From Scyliorhinus canicula (lineage: Eukaryota), in assembly GCF_902713615.1 (NCBI RefSeq), contig NC_052158.1, positions 12,148,546 through 12,212,545 on the forward strand: a stretch of DNA of 64,000 nucleotides, given 5' to 3'. The position numbers were made by a program, and so were the translations under genes. Below, piece by piece: positions 63,632 to 64,000 of this stretch. The notes under the pieces were generated by a model. It searched no databases, was not told where the DNA came from, and was given only the letters and a program-made list of their open reading frames with translations. Each line of letters starts with the position of its first letter. Position 1 is the stretch's first letter.

Positions 63632-64000
63632 TTCCAGGTGCGCCATGATCTGGCAGATATGTTGTACTGTCTCCCTGCTCAGCTGGAGTCTTCGGCAGCA
63701 GGCCCGATCCAACAGATCCTCAAATTGCAGGCGCTGCTGTTACACACAAGGCCTCAAGTGTGCCTCCTTGGCACCGGCTCCTCTTCAGCTTGTTGGGTAG
63801 CCAGCTCTCCATCCTCAGTGGCTGGCTCCTGTTCCTCTGAGGCACGCTCTGCTGTAGCATGCTCTGCTGCTGCAGCTTCCTCGTTCTCAAGCAACCCAGC
63901 TCATAGAGTCGTATTGTATCCCCCAGGGTTACAGAGACAAACAGGAAGGCCACTATTGCTGATTGAATTCCAATGTTCGTTGTCTGCATGTGGTGAAAGG
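63632..64000 (-). pseudogene. PIF/Harbinger (HARBI1-like) transposase N-terminal remnant
   Basis: Alternative minus frame reads RPCV*QQRLQFEDLLDRACCRRLQLSRETVQHICQIMAHLE, resembling the N-terminal helical region of Harbinger transposases; stop, frameshift and truncation. Confidence 0.55.

Overview
Eukaryotic, repeat-dense vertebrate DNA, most likely a cartilaginous fish (shark). This is inferred from tRNA/V-core SINEs with CR1-type tails (HE1-like), fish-type L1 elements and KRAB-less C2H2 genes. Host genes: a 10-finger C2H2 zinc-finger gene (+, about 12.4-14.2 kb), a complete six-exon RING/B-box/coiled-coil/PRY-SPRY TRIM gene (-, 31461->25763, 475 aa, all splice sites GT-AG and in phase) and the terminal PRY-SPRY exon of a second TRIM paralog (-, 58815->58268). 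Much of the rest is nested transposon debris: four L1 copies, CR1/L2-group LINEs, four TG...CA solo LTRs, a Harbinger transposase remnant and many modular SINEs. The most notable signal is three short (about 100-155 bp) insertions with 12-13 bp target-site duplications (TSDs). Each folds into a minimal type I hammerhead ribozyme with a palindromic helix III, as described for Penelope-like elements, and one carries a compensatory U3-A8 core pair. Two of them lie in tandem on the strand divergent from the zinc-finger promoter. No CRISPR or prokaryotic system is present. Repeat boundaries without TSD support are approximate and family names are pattern-based, not database hits.
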